Of a DNA stretch of 64,000 bases, positions 25,088 to 39,840 are shown in pieces (positions within the stretch are counted from its first letter, which is position 1; each line of letters opens with the position of its first letter). The DNA is taken from assembly GCA_012295275.1 (NCBI GenBank), contig CM022678.1, forward strand, positions 5,146,001-5,210,000. Direction: 5' to 3'. A program made the translations under genes and the position numbers. The DNA comes from Chrysomallon squamiferum (lineage: Eukaryota; Animalia; Mollusca). A model generated the notes under the pieces. The model was not told where the DNA came from. It saw nothing but the letters and a program-made list of their open reading frames with translations, and made no database searches.

Positions 25088-26007
25088 GACACACACAAAC
25101 ACATAACTGGCTGTATTGTATACAAGTAGAACATTGAATGATCAGCAGAATGAATCTTAATGTTTAGTGACATTAGCATTTTGCAAAAGAAAATAACGAA
25201 GCGGTGTACGTCAAAATGGAGGAGCAACAAAATAATCTTTTAACGCTTGTATCAAAGGAAACCATCTCCTGACGGGCTGGAAATCGAAACTGAAGATTCT
25301 AATTAGGATAAAGTCCAAACTTTGATGGGCAGCCTTAAAGAGGAAAACTCGATTCCTTCACTTTTGTGTGTGTATGCACATTCACTATTACTGACAAGGA
25401 GATGGCCCGGATGAGTATTATGGCACAGATAACTTGATAGATTCCAGTACAATAAATGCAGTTCAAATATCATCTTATTATTCTGCGTTCTCAAAGCCAT
25501 GTTCCACAGATACAAATTTAGTGCAGAATATAAAGGGACATGCATATGGGTGTGTGTATTTATTTTATGTGCAAAAATTGCCTCACAGGACACGCAAGAT
25601 CATTATTTTAATTTGTATTAAATGAAGGGATAAAATGGAAGTCACAGGTATCAGCCATCAGTAGGTTCTTTCCTGCTGGCTGGCAGGGAGACTGCTCTAC
25701 AGGGCCGTTGACAAGTAAAGATCCTGTGAACCGCTACGCTATAGCTATGCGGCTTTGACATTATAGCCATATTAAACAGATTTTAGAAACATCTGACACA
25801 AGAAACACGTGTCTGTCCGTTTGTTTCAAGGTTGAACAGTATTCTTGTATTATTCTTTTAATTATTAGTAATACGCGTTCCGTATTCACATTGTCAGCAA
25901 TGTAACTGGATTGAGTTTAAAAAACAACCACAAAAAAAAAAAAAAACAAAAAACAAACAACAAAAAAAAAGCAAAAAAGAGAAAACCCAATAATAATAAT
26001 AATAATA

Positions 26008-26090
<83 letters not shown>

Positions 26091-26213
26091 TATGACGATA
26101 AGAACAAGAAAAAGAGCAACAACAATCACAATAACTTATGCCTCATTTACTGTTGTATCACTACATTTGTATGTGTTTGTGTGTGTGTTTGTGTGTGTGT
26201 TAATGTTCAAAAG

Positions 26214-28321
26214 TTAATAGTTGACAAACCATTTGATGGCATGTTTAACAGAAAAGTGACCGTCGTTTCTGCTTCCTCCTATACCTCTCTGAGAGACGTC
26301 GACATCACCTTGTGTAGTGACGACCATGTATTTCCAGAAGGCATCTTTCTTTATCTTTGAATTCCTTTGATCCCACTTCTTCAGTACTGACACCCTGAAG
26401 TAACTCGGCAGAAACCTCACCAGAAGGACCTAATTCCAGGTTACTAATCTTAAAGACCGTCCACTCCTGTTTGCCTTGTCCTCCATCTGGTTTCTGGTCT
26501 CCTCCACATGGTCTGCCGAGCCTGTCCCGCAGACATCCACCAGCATGTCGTTTCCTCGGAGTGTTTGAAGCTGGTTTGCTGTGACCAATTTCAATAGCCA
26601 CGCGTACATCAGCGCCATTTTCAACAGCTGCTCTCAACTCGGCTTTCGATCCAAATACTACATCGCCATTTATGTTAGTTGAAAAGACCTTTGTCCATGG
26701 TCGTGTATCAACAAACCATTTGATTGTTTTCTTTTCGTTTTCTTCACCAACGGAACCGCCGTCAAATAACATGTATCTACGTGTGGCCACCGTTCCTGTC
26801 GTGTGCGCCATCTGCCAGTGCCAAATTCCTCTGAATTTGTCATCAACTTTTTCATCATAGAGACGATTCAAAAGCTGAGCTGACACCTGTCCCGATTTTA
26901 TCCTCACGTTGTCCGCCTCAATCGAGAAGTTTCCCATAACGACCTTCACCCTGTGTCCCAGTTTAATGGCAGAAACCAGATCCGAAAGAGACCCGCCTAC
27001 TCCATGACCATTTTCATCATTCATAAACACGTGTCTCCAGCAAGATTCCGTGTACCAGTTCGCAGGCATAGACATATTGCTTTGGAAAAAAATCGGTTAA
27101 CCTGGATTCCAATAGTTTTACTCAGTGTGTCCGCTTGCATATATGTCCAAAAGCCCCAGGATGGATTCTGACTGAACATAATATCCCAGACAATTTGGCA
27201 GACACCAAGTCCATCCTCAGTAACTTTTATATTTCGACACGGTCCCACATAAGAACGAAACCAGACTGCTCTGACGTCGTGTCCAGATGCAACCGATGAG
27301 ATTAATTTATCTAATGAGCCACTAGATACTGTCCCATCTCTAGAGTTCTGAAGTACCAGCGAAAAGCAGGATGATTCCTTAACAAACCACTGAATTCGTG
27401 TCGTATAGTAGTTCTGGCTTATTACCGTGTAGTTGTCAACATTGTACCTTGTTTCTGTTATCTGTCCCCGTGTAGTTAATGTTAGGAGACGGTGATACGG
27501 TTCTTCTTCAAAGGTGCTCCAGCTAGCCTTACTTGCATAGGATGCTGACTGAGAATAGATCATCTTAGACAAAGGGAAACTAGTGTCGCAGTTACCAAGG
27601 AAACCGTCTTGTTCTAAAGATGGAATTAGATATTTGACAGGTTCCCCCTGTTTGACAGCATTATAAAGATCGTTATAGCTGCCAGAAACTGCAGCTCCTT
27701 TGTCGTCGTTCTCGTAAACCTTACGCCATCGACTGTCGCAGAATTCTGGAAAAAGAAAAGTCATTCGTTAACATAATTAGACATATATCATTTCATGTAG
27801 GGAACTATTTTTTAGCAAAGTGGGCGTCATTATCATTAAGTCCAAGAGGTTATATGAAACTGATGATAAGAACTAAAATGTTTAGTAAATAAATAAATAA
27901 TATAGTACTATTTCACCGTATTATCAAAATGTTTATTTCAGTTTTCCCTTAACAGTGAGACGATGGCAATACCTATTAAGATCTAAGTATTCCGCATTAC
28001 GTAACTTTACTGTCTTATATTGATAAATATATAAGTAATTATAAAAGTGAGAAATAGAAAATCCTTTCATACTTTATACCCTTCGTTCTTCTTTTTCTCT
28101 TCTTTTTTCTTCCCAACATCACGCTTTAATTGGTGCCCTGTGTCTATGACAGCTTTTTGTAACTTACAGCTTAACAATATGCAACTTAAAAGCATAGTAA
28201 ATATTAAAGTGAGAAAGAAAAAAGTAATGATATTCTTACCACATTGTTCTGCAACTGCTGTTGCTGTTGTGAATATAAGTAGAAGTTTCGCTAAGAATGG
28301 TAGATTTGAAACATGCTTCAT
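26214..28321 (-). pseudogene. Paralog A3: full-length gene (~537 aa if repaired) with two single-base indels; coding exons 28321-28240 and 27745-26214
   Basis: Signal exon MKHVSNLPFLAKLLLIFTTATAVAEQC with donor G|GTAAG; acceptor TTCCAG|AA. A -1 indel lies in the A-run at 27148-27151 (five A in the A4 copy) and a +1 indel in the T-run near 26357. Three consecutive ORFs cover the protein. Confidence 0.85.
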
Positions 28322-28343
28322 AATGAACTCAGTCTAAAACAGA

Positions 28344-28455
<112 letters not shown>

Positions 28456-28811
28456 AATTGAAAAGAAAATACGAGTAATGGTTCAAATTACAAGCAGAAA
28501 ATTAAAATAATCGTCATATTAATTGTGCAAACGTTTTATGTGTTCCCTCAGAATAAGGTTGGAATCACAGGGTAATGGATGATAGGGAAATTACTTAACT
28601 GAAAGTCAAAATAAATTGAAAAAATACTTTTGTTTTAACAAATACAAAACCTATATATGTATTGACTGATTTGTCAGAATAGTACATGAAAAGCTATAGA
28701 CGAGACTGTTAATACGTTCCTTATCATCTTTCTTTCTATAATCAGAATACAAAGATTCAGTTAAATAGTTTGCTAGAGATGAGCAATGTGAATAGGATAT
28801 CTTAGACTTAC

Positions 28812-29075
28812 CTTTGTCCTGCTCAGTATGTTTTCTCTTCAAATGTGACAAATTATTTGATGCTACCAAATTTATAAAGGATATTCAGATCAGCTGACAG
28901 TTTGTTTGTGTGTTAAATCACAGCTTGTAGTTGCAACATTTTTGATTTAGGTAGTTGATCTCTTCAAAAGTGACAAATTATTTAATTGTACTAAGTTCAT
29001 AAAAAAAAGTAATAAAACATAGAAATCAGCTAGGAATTAGTTTTTGTGTTAAATCTCAGCTTGTAGTTACAACAT
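28812..29075 (-). promoter_or_regulatory. Tandemly duplicated promoter box, TATA and non-coding exon 1 of A3
   Basis: TTAAATCACAGCTTGTAGTTGCAACAT at 28913-28939 and TTAAATCTCAGCTTGTAGTTACAACAT at 29049-29075. TATAAATT near 28876. Donor AAG|GTAAGT at 28812/28811. Confidence 0.75.
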
Positions 29076-30363
29076 TTGTGATTTAGTAAGTTGTCCTAAA
29101 CTTTGAATGAATCTGTTTCATTTTATAAATCAATAATAGTAATATATATATATATATATATTTTTCAAATTCATGATCAACCTTTTCTAATAATAAAGTC
29201 TGACAATACTGTAAGACGCCATGGAATATATGTGTGTCAGTGTACGTTATAGCTATTTAACCGTGAACTATTCAGTTGTATGACAAAATTACCTATATGT
29301 TGAAAAAAATCTAGAAAATCAATACATTAAAATAAAACCCTACAATTCCAAACTGTATTTCAAACTCAAACATGTCTTTTATGCCTTGTGACTATACTAA
29401 ACTTTTAACAAGAGGGCGCATTTTAATTATTATTATTATTCTTTTTTTTTTTTTTTTTTTTTTTTTGATTACTGCATTTATTCGAATTTGCCCTCAATTT
29501 ATTTTTTAGAGCAAAAGGTTATGTATGCGTATTATACACTAGGCGTAAAAGTTATTAATTTTTACAGCTAAATGCACAGCACTGCAATGGAACGAATATT
29601 TTGGCTGTTAAGAAGTAGATTCCACTGGGCAAAAGGTATCTCGCTTGTTTTTGAATCGCATCTCTCACCCGTTTGTTTATGACCATTCACTGGGAAAAAA
29701 AATTACTCCTATCTCTTCCATCTAAATTTAATAAAATAAATACTTAAATGTATCAAACAGATTGAGTTTTGCATATTTTAGACTATGTTCTGCAACTGCT
29801 TTAGTGTTTTCCGTGGGTACAAAAGGTCTGAAAATGCTTGTACTACGTCATGTTTTACGTCCCAAATTAGTTTTTATTTTTTCCACAAATCAATAAAATG
29901 GATGACTTTTAAACGAGATAACGTTTGTTTGGTAAGTAAATTTCAAAACGAAGCCTGTAACAGACGTTACTTTAATGTTTTTTTCACGGCAGTATACTTT
30001 GATGATATTCCAATTCGACATAAATTTCTGAAAATATTAAAGACACCTGACTCGTGTATAATCAATATTTTTGAAATATGCTTCATTTCTTTGACCCTTG
30101 GAGTCACCTTCCAGTGAATACACCACAGGAGTTATTCCCCTTGTCACATACATTCATAGACACACACACACACAGACGTACATACTCGAAAATTCGAAAC
30201 GAATGAAACAGGATGAAAATGAGGAAGTAATTGATATGTTCTTCTTGACTGCTAATGACGTTACGATACTAGTAGTAATACAACTATAATTATTATTATT
30301 ATTATTATTGAGTTTTGTCTTTTTTGCTTTTTTGTTTTTTCTTGTTTGTTTGTTGTTGTTGTG

Positions 30364-30397
<34 letters not shown>

Positions 30398-31390
30398 TCA
30401 GTCCAGTTACATTGCTGACAATGTGAATACGGAACGCGTATTACTAATAATTAAAAGAATAATACGAGAATACTGCTCAACGTTGAAACAAACGGACAGA
30501 CACGTGTTTCGTGCAAACTTTAAAGACCCTTCATAAATACCATGCTAACAACTTTATTTAATTTATAAGCACACCTTCCAAGACAATCTAACCCCTGACT
30601 AAGTCAAAACACACCAGCCAATGTAGGAACGGATCATGGTATCAATATTCCACTATTTTCAGATTAAAAGTGTACCATTGCATACATAAATGGTAACAAA
30701 GTTCTCTAAACGTCCACGGTCTATCACTGGATAAAGTTAAAACGTACCCAAGCAATGAAGCTGTGGCTCATCATCAGGTCATACCAGCAACGTATTATTA
30801 CCAGCTTAAAAAGCGTACCTCTGGATATATAAATGGCAACACAAAGTTATCTATATATCCAAGTTAATGTTGTATTGTTTTTGTGTACCTATCACTGCCT
30901 ATTACAAAGTAAAAGAATGACAAAATATTGCAGTAAAATATTCTAAAGCAGCTATCTTAACCCTTCACAACTGATATACATACATGTATGTATGTATGTA
31001 TGTATGTATGTATGTATGTATGTATGTATGTGTATGTATGTATGTGTGTATATATAAACAATAAATACAAGTGTTTTGTTCGTGTACGAGAATCTGCGTG
31101 TGTGGCTCAGATTAAGAGTGACTGAAATTTAATCAGGAACAAAAAAAGAACAAATAACTAATTTGTACCAGACTATCATTCAGTGAACGTCTTTTCTGCA
31201 ATTAAAGAGAATGCGAATGAATTATATAATTTGATAGCTGTCAGCTGACGTAATACTAACAATTTTAATTATGACTATAATGTCGAAGAGTCCGACGAAA
31301 AGTATTTGAATAAAAATGAAAATATTGAAAATAAGTATTTTGTATTTTATTTTATTAATACTTTCGTCAGCTTGCGAGCCGTTTTCAAAG

Positions 31391-33508
31391 TTAATAGTTG
31401 ACAAACCAGTTGACAGCTTGCTTTACAGAGAAGTGTCCTTCGTCTGCTTCCTTCCCTACACGAATCTGAGAGATGTCGACATTTCCTTGTGTGGTGACGA
31501 TCATGAAACGCCAGAAAGGTTGATCTTTGATCTTGAATTCAGCAGACCCGACTGGTTCAGTACTGACACTCTGACCTAACTCGGCAGAAACTTCTCCAGA
31601 AGGACCTAGCAGAAGACTGTCTGCCTTGAACACCAACCATCCTTTTTCCACACAGTCATTCGAACTGCCGTGACTTCCAGCGGATCCGCGGTGTCTGCCC
31701 CACCAAGAAAGACCTCCTGTCTCCCACCAGCCAACATGTCTTTTACTTGGGCTATTTGCGTTGACGTTGTCATAGTCTACCTGCAGCGCCACTCGAACCT
31801 GAGCTCCATTTTGTATTGCTTTCTTCAACTCGACCTTCGATCCAAACGTTAGATCACCATTTTTGTTCGTTGATAAAATCTTCGTCCATGGTCGCGTGTC
31901 CACAAACCAGCTGATTGTTTTCTTTTCCGTTGTTTGATCAACAAAAGTACCGTTAAAGAACGTAAGTTTTAGCATGTTAACTGTCCCAGTTGTGTGCGCT
32001 ATCTGCCAGAGCCTAATACGTTTATTTTCAACTGTATTATCATCATTCTGATAAATACGATCGAGCATTTGTACGGAGACATGTCCCGACTTCGTCCTTA
32101 CGTTACTTGCCTCCACGGAATAGTTTCCCATTATAATTTTCACTCTGTGTCCACTCTGAACTGCAGAAACAAGTTCAGAAAGAAACCCATCTTGTTCTTT
32201 TCCATCTTCGTCGTGCGTTAATACGTGTCGCCAGCAAGAGTCCGCATACCAATGTGTTGGATGTGTATTAGTTAGATTCCCTAATGAATTCAAAATATTA
32301 AATAAATAAAAAGAGTTATTAAACTGATTAGCGGATATGTCTATGAAATACCAAACTGGTTTCAAAGCAAGGAAGAAATACAGAGTAGCAGGAGAAGCTG
32401 TCTGGTGACCTAAAATATCTTCATCCGTGGTAATTTCGGTAGCATGTAGACTGAACACGAAGATCACAAAAGAAATTGTAATGTCATGACCATTTAGCAC
32501 AGAGTCAGTAAGCGCCGTTTTGCTTTCCTTTATTGCTTCTTCGGTAAACTCTGTAGGAGAAAGAAGCTGGCGACATGAGGACTTCTTAGTAAACCATTGG
32601 ATTCCCTCAGAAGAGAATTTAGTATTTATCCATTCGTTCGTGTCCACTTTGTAATACTGTTCCACATAAACTCCCGACGTGGAAACTTCGAAGAAGCGAA
32701 AATAGATATCGTCTGTAAAAGTATTCCAGAAGTTATTATTCACATATGTGCTCGACACTGACAAAATGTGTCCATTAGAAATGTAATAAAACGCTGTATC
32801 TCCAATGTAGCCTTCAGTGGCCCAAGATGGAATCAGAAACCTAATTGGATCACTATTAGACACAGCAAGCTTGAGATCCTCAAGCGATCCGCTAACTGCA
32901 TTACCTTTGTCGTCGTTCTCGTAGATCTTGTACCATGGACTGTCACATGTGTCTGAAAAATGAAATTACTTCTAATGTATTTTTAACTGAGTTAGGTATA
33001 TTGTGTGTGTGTGTTTTATGGTTAATATTTAAGGTGAAGTAATTTATATTCTGTTTGTGTTGACCAGCTAAAATCTGAATATCGCCGCCCGATCTCGAAA
33101 CAACACGAACATGATAATGAAAAAAAAAAAAAAAAAAAAAAAAAATTAAATAAAATAAGAACAAAGTAAAATATACTACTACTGCTACTATTGCTACTAT
33201 TTCTACTACTATTTCTACAACAAATAACAATTATAATAATATGAATATGCGTAATAAGAATAATATAATAAAATCAAGACTACAAATCAAATTTAAGAAA
33301 ACCGATTATTTGATATCGAGTTGAATCGCTTTATGTGTACAGCATATATCCAGACAATCATTAAAAAATTACAACAGAGAATTTTAAAGTAAATAAACCA
33401 GTAGATACACATACCACATGTGGTTGGAATAGTTCCTCTTGTAGACACAACAGAAATAATAAATACCACATAGTGCAAGATGACTGTAGTAGAAAACATC
33501 TCCATCAT
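31391..33508 (-). CDS. Paralog B2: intact predicted secreted four-repeat protein, ~551 aa; coding exons 33508-33415 and 32952-31391
   Basis: Signal exon MMEMFSTTVILHYVVFIISVVSTRGTIPTTC with donor G|GTATGT. Acceptor TTTTTCAG|AC is in frame with the 490-aa ORF. Confidence 0.9.
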
Positions 33509-34062
33509 ATGAAAATGGTACTGGAAAAACAATACAGATCGTTATTCAAATATAATGAATTTAACTTACAAGCATGAATTATAAGGATGTATATAAAGGT
33601 TACATTTAAAGACGAGCGTAATATTCTTCTTTGTTTATTTATATGTTTGTTTGTTTACTTATCTTATCTGACATAAGTAATAATAATCTCTTGAGCTTGT
33701 AAACTGTTCATGCGCTGCTTTGTAATAACAGTAACGATAATCAGAACACAAATTTACATATAATTAACTGACTAAAATCAAGTAATATTACTAGCTAAAT
33801 AATATATCAGTTTAATTACGAGTTACCAAAGTGTTCGTTACTGAGCGAGGTTTAAATGGTCGCTAGACAGTCGACCAGATAAATTGTTTTGAATTCTTCT
33901 TTTCTTAGAAATTTTGGCACAAAATTATTTGACTCCCCTTTCCACTAAAACAGCGTAGAAAACGACCAATTCACAGATGTACCTCTTGATCTAGTATGAG
34001 TTTTACTAGAAATTAATGTATAATGTATCAACAATATCATACACCTACGCATATCAAACACA

Positions 34063-34108
<46 letters not shown>

Positions 34109-34136
34109 CTCTTAGATCTGAACAAATGAGACGTAC

Positions 34137-34261
34137 CTGTCGAGTATGCAGACGATTCTCTTCCAATGTGACAAATGTGTTCACTGTATTCTATTTATAC
34201 AAATATCAAAAACAGTTTGAAATTTGTTTTTGTTAGAAATCACAGCCTGTAGTCGGAACAT
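34137..34261 (-). promoter_or_regulatory. Promoter box, TATA and non-coding exon 1 of B2
   Basis: AAATCACAGCCTGTAGTCGGAACAT at 34237-34261, TATAAATA near 34199, and donor CAG|GTACGT. Confidence 0.75.
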
Positions 34262-34989
34262 TTGGTTATCTATAATCTTACAATGACTTTGAGAAGCTAT
34301 TTCTTAGTTTACAAAACAATAACAGGTGTTATTTGTGCCATACGCTTGTTTGATTTAAATCTTTGTTTTGACGTGTATTTGTGTATGATTCTGGTCATCT
34401 TTGAAGATACATTAAACGTTTTAAACTACACAGGTGGCAGAAACCTGATTAAATTTTGAATTGATTACAGAAATGTTTTTCATACATCAAGCTGTGTTTG
34501 GTGAATGAACGTGTTGCTGGCGTTCTTCTGACGTTTTGATTGATAAATATTTGTTTGAAATTAAGTTTATCAGTATATACAATCATGAAATGTATTTCCT
34601 TTCTCTTCTATAAGCTGTACCACATGGATTTAAAATCAAATAAAATATTTTCTATAGTTTATTTTTGTTTTTCTTATTTTCTCAAACACTACAAGACGCG
34701 TTTTGTAAAACGGTTTTGCATGAAACAGATGTTAATTTAATTTCTTTCACGACAGTATATTTTGATCAATTTAAATTTCAATAAAATATTGTTTTATTCA
34801 AATAGATAACAATATTTTAGGATGGAGAGAATCGACGTTAACTTAAAACTATTTTTATATCATTAAAAATTCCCGAAGCAACGTAGACAGTACTCGAGGT
34901 TGGCCGCATCCAGTATGTACTGTATGTTTGGACTCTTTTTTTTAATTAGTTGAAACAATGCAATTTGATGGGCGTGAGATTGTGAGCTG

Positions 34990-35190
<201 letters not shown>

Positions 35191-36094
35191 ATGTATCACT
35201 AGCGAACAAATAAAAAACTCACAAAACAAACAAAAAAACAACAGGAGCCCAAGTTCTTAAATATTTCAAACAAATACGGAATTTTTTTTTTCTATTTGTT
35301 TTTATTTTTTTTTATTGATTACTTAGATAGCTAATTATTAATATGTCCATGACCACTGAGTATAAAAATTGTTTCACTCTTTTTCTTTTCATGATTTAAT
35401 TTTCAGTTGTCCTAGATCGTAAGTCATGTAAAGATCGATGTTTTGTTAAATTAACCAATTGTCTTCACACATCCTGATAAAATTTAAAAAGTAAAGAAAA
35501 AATAAATAGAAAATAAAAATACAGTGGACATTGCGGAGGGACAAATACTATATGGATATCTTGCTATCCACCTGTTAGAGAAGTTTCTATTTAGAATTTT
35601 TGATCTAGAACTTTTTATTTATAATCATTTTCTTCGAAATTTAAATTTAATGTGTTATGTCAACTGTTTATTCAGCTAAATATCTAATGTCTAGTTCTTA
35701 GAGCAAAATGATAGAATGCACTATTTTGTTCAAACACCATATTGTCCATCTATTCTAACTGATTAGGCTCAGGAAGAAGTTAATTATGAAACATTTTTAA
35801 GAAGCTGTCACCGTTCTAAATACTTATGAAAAGTCAAGTGTCCTTCGTTAATTTATTTTTTGAAAAATTAATAATTTAAAAATAAAAGTTCTCATTCTTG
35901 GTTCTTGTTTTGTTTTCTCTTATAATTCTTGTCATCATCATCATCATTATTATACATGTGCTTGCTCATGATGGTTAGTATTATCTTCATGTGTCTGCTG
36001 TTAGTAAAACGGAAAAATAACATTTAACCGTTTTTTTTTTGTTTTTTTTTATTTATTTATTTATTTAATTTTTTATTTTCTTCTTTTTATTTAA

Positions 36095-36142
<48 letters not shown>

Positions 36143-36227
36143 TTCTTGTGAAAGCCGAGTTCGGTTTTGAATGTAAATACGGTGTTTATATCACTGCTGT
36201 ACCCTTATATATATATATAAATAAATA

Positions 36228-37736
36228 AGAAGTTTCCCATAACGACCTTCACCCTGTGTCCAAGTTAAATGGCAGAAATCAGATCCGAAAGAGACCCGTC
36301 TACTCCTTGACCATTTTCATCATTCGTAAACATGTGTCTCCAGCAAGATTCCGAGTACCAGTTCGCAGACATAGACATATTGCTTTGGAAAAGAAACGGG
36401 TAACCTGGATTCCAATAGTTTTCCTCAGAGTGTCCGCTTGCATATATGTCCAAAAAGCCCCAGGATGGATTCTGACTGTACATTATATCCCAGAAAATTT
36501 GGCCCACTCCAAGTCCATCCTCAGTAACTTTTATATTTCGACACGGTTAGGAGACGGTGATACGGTTCTTCTTCAAAGGTGCTCCAGCTAGCCTTACTTG
36601 CATAGGATGCTGACTGAGAATAGATCATCTTAGACAAAGGAAAACTGGTGTCGCAGTTACCAAGGAAGCCTTCTTGTCCTAAAGATGGAATTAGGTATTT
36701 GACAGGTTCCCCCTGTTTGACAGCATTATAAATATCGTTATAGCTGCCAGAAACTGCAGCTCCTTTGTCGTCGTTCTCGTAAACCTTACGCCATCGACTG
36801 TCGCAGAATTCTGTAAAAAAGAAAAGTCATTGGTTAACATAATTAGATGCGTATCATTTGATGTAGGGAATGATTTTTTAGCAAAATGGGCGTCGTTTCA
36901 TTAAGTTCAAGAGGATATATGATATAGATGATAAGAACTAAAATGTTTAGTACAAAGCATTAGATAAGAATAATATTCGTATACTCTGCTGAATTTCTGC
37001 ATCTCACAGTTGGAGTTATGAAGTCCCAGTTCTTTGAATACACTGGTACGTATATTTTTCATTACTATTATTTGTGTTGTTGTTGTTGTTGTAGCTGTTG
37101 AACTTTGTGATCCCGTACTCGCGGAGGTCTCACAATTACAGAAAACTGGTGTTGCCCAAATAAATGGAATACTTAGAGGTTATGCTACGTCATTAATTAA
37201 CAGTGAATATTGAAAAACGAAAATTAAATAAAATATCATGAAATGAACTAAAAATATATGAAGAAATGTAGAAAGAAACCATGTAAATGAGTCAAAACTT
37301 TAGATAAATAAATAGTATAGTACTATTTCACAGTATTATCAAAATGTTTATTTCAGTTTTCCCTTAACAGTGAGACGATGGCAATACCTATTAAGATCTA
37401 AGTATTCCGCATTACGTAACTTTGCTGACTTATAACGAAAAATATACAAGCAAATATAAAAGTGAGAAATAGAAAATCCTTTCATACTTTATACCCTTTG
37501 TTCTTCTTTTTCTCTTCTTTTTTCTTCCCAACATCACGCTTTAATTGGTGCCCAGTGTCTATGACAGCTTTTTGTAACTTACAGCTTAACAATATGCGAT
37601 TTAAAAGCATAGTAAATATTAAAGTGAGAAAGAAAAAAGTAATGATATTCTTACCACATTGTTCTGCAACTGCTGTTGAGGTTGTGAATATAAGTAGAAG
37701 TTTCGCTAAGAATGGTAGATTTGAAACACGCTTCAT
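36228..37736 (-). pseudogene. Paralog A4: 3'-truncated, internally deleted copy of A3; exons 37736-37655 and 36810-~36228
   Basis: The signal exon is intact. Exon 3 lacks ~239 nt (A3 27244-27482, junction at ~36547) and stops in repeat 3 (VKVVMGNF) at an AT microsatellite. Confidence 0.9.
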
Positions 37737-37756
37737 AATGAACTCAGTTTAAACAG

Positions 37757-37830
<74 letters not shown>

Positions 37831-38185
37831 AATTGAAAAGAAAATACCAGTAATAGTTCAAATTGCAAGCAGAAAATTTAAATAATCGTCATATTAATTG
37901 TGCAAACGTTATATGTGTTCCCTCAGAATAAGGTTGGAATCACAGAGTAATGGATGATAGGGAAATTACTTAACTGAAAGTCAAAATAAATTGAAAAATA
38001 CTTTTGTTTTAACAAATACAAAACCTATATATGTATTGACTGATTTGTCAGAATAGTACATGAAAAGCTATAGACGAGACTGTTAATACGTTCCTTATCA
38101 TCTTTCTTTCTATAATCAGAATACAAAGATTCAGTTAAATAGTTTGCTAGACATGAGCAATGTGAATAGGATATCTTAGACTTAC

Positions 38186-38311
38186 CTTTGTCTGCTCGGT
38201 ATGTTTTCTCTTCAAATGTGACAAATTATTTGATGTACTAAATTTATAAAGGATATTCAGATCAGCTGACAGTTTGTTTTTGAGTTAAATAACAGCTTGT
38301 AGTTGCAACAT
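38186..38311 (-). promoter_or_regulatory. Promoter box, TATA and non-coding exon 1 of A4
   Basis: TTAAATAACAGCTTGTAGTTGCAACAT (single copy, core C>A change), TATAAATT, and donor AAG|GTAAGT. Confidence 0.7.
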
Positions 38312-39840
38312 TTGTGATTTAGGAAGTTGTCCTAAACTTTGAATGAATCTGTTTCATTTTATAAATCAACAATAGTAATATATATATATATTTCAAATTG
38401 ATGATCAACCTTTTCTGATAATAAAGACTGACAATACTGTAAGACGCCATGAAATATATGTGTGTCTGTGTACGTTATAGCTATTTAACCGTGAACTATT
38501 CAGTTGTATTACAAAATGACCTATATGTTGAAAAAATCTATTAAATTAATACATTAAAATAAAACCCTACAATTCCAAACTGTATTTCAAACTCAAACAT
38601 GTCTCTTATGCCTTGTGACTATACTAAACTTTTAACAAGAGGGCGCATTTTAATTATTATTATTATTTTTTTTTTTTTTTTTTTTTGATTACTGCATTTA
38701 TTCGAATTTGCCCTCAATTTATTTTTTAGAGCAAAAGGTTATGTATGCGTATTATACACTAGGCGTAAAAGTTATTATTTTTTACAGCTGAATGCACAGC
38801 ACTGCAATTGAACGAATATTTTGGCTGTTAAGAAGTAGATTCCACTGGGCAAGAGGTATCTCGCTTGTTTTTGAATCGCATCTCTCACCCGTTTGTTTAT
38901 GACCATTCACTGGGAAAAAAATTACTCCTATCTCTTCCATCTAATTTAATAAAATAAATACTTAAATGTATCAAACAGATTGAGTTTTCCATATGTTAGA
39001 CTATATGTTCTGCAACTGCTTTAGTGTTTTCCGTGGGTACAAAAAGGTCTGAAAATGCTTGTACTACGTCATGTTTTACGTCCCAAATTAGTTTTTATTT
39101 TTTCCACAAATCAATAAAATGGATGACTTTTAAACGAGATAACGTTTGTTTGGTACGTAAATTTCAAAACGAAGCCTGTAACAGACGTTACTTTAATGTT
39201 TTTCTCACGGCAGTATACTTTGATGATATTCCAATTCGACATAATTTTCTGAAAATATTAAAAGACATCTGACTCGTATATAATCAATATTTTTGAAACC
39301 TGTGAATCTACACGTAAGATTTGTTTTATGTCACTAGAGCATTTCACAGCAGGGAATGGTAATTTCCAACAGTGTCCTCCATAATAGTACATCTAGTATA
39401 GCTGAACTTTGTTTTTGATTGGTTGAAGATGCAGCTTGATGGTGGTGAGATTGAACTGTTCAGACTGAAACCCCGGCGGGAATGAAAATGATTTTATATA
39501 GATTCGTGTATGTGAGACTTTTTAAAACTTGACCAAGCGAGAAAATCAAGAGCAATAAATGCGGAGTAAACATAGGAGGATTTTACTACAGAGCTATACT
39601 GTATCTTTTTAAAAGGCAATACAAAACAAATTAAATAGGAAAATGTTCACACACAAACACACCCATGCGTATATATATATTATAATGGTCCCACACCATT
39701 AGACATCTTGAATGTTTTACTAAGGCTCAGTCTAGAATAAAAAAATTGATTTTATGGCCACATGAGAAGGAATTTAAAAACTAAATTGACAGCTATCTAT
39801 GTAAATCAATAATTCTGTCTGTCCACTAGAGAAATGAATA

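Noticed and set aside
26340-27160. Programmed or compensating ribosomal frameshifting in A3
   Set aside because: The shifted frame hits a stop at ~27021, the indel sites differ among paralogs, and no conserved slippery site is seen.
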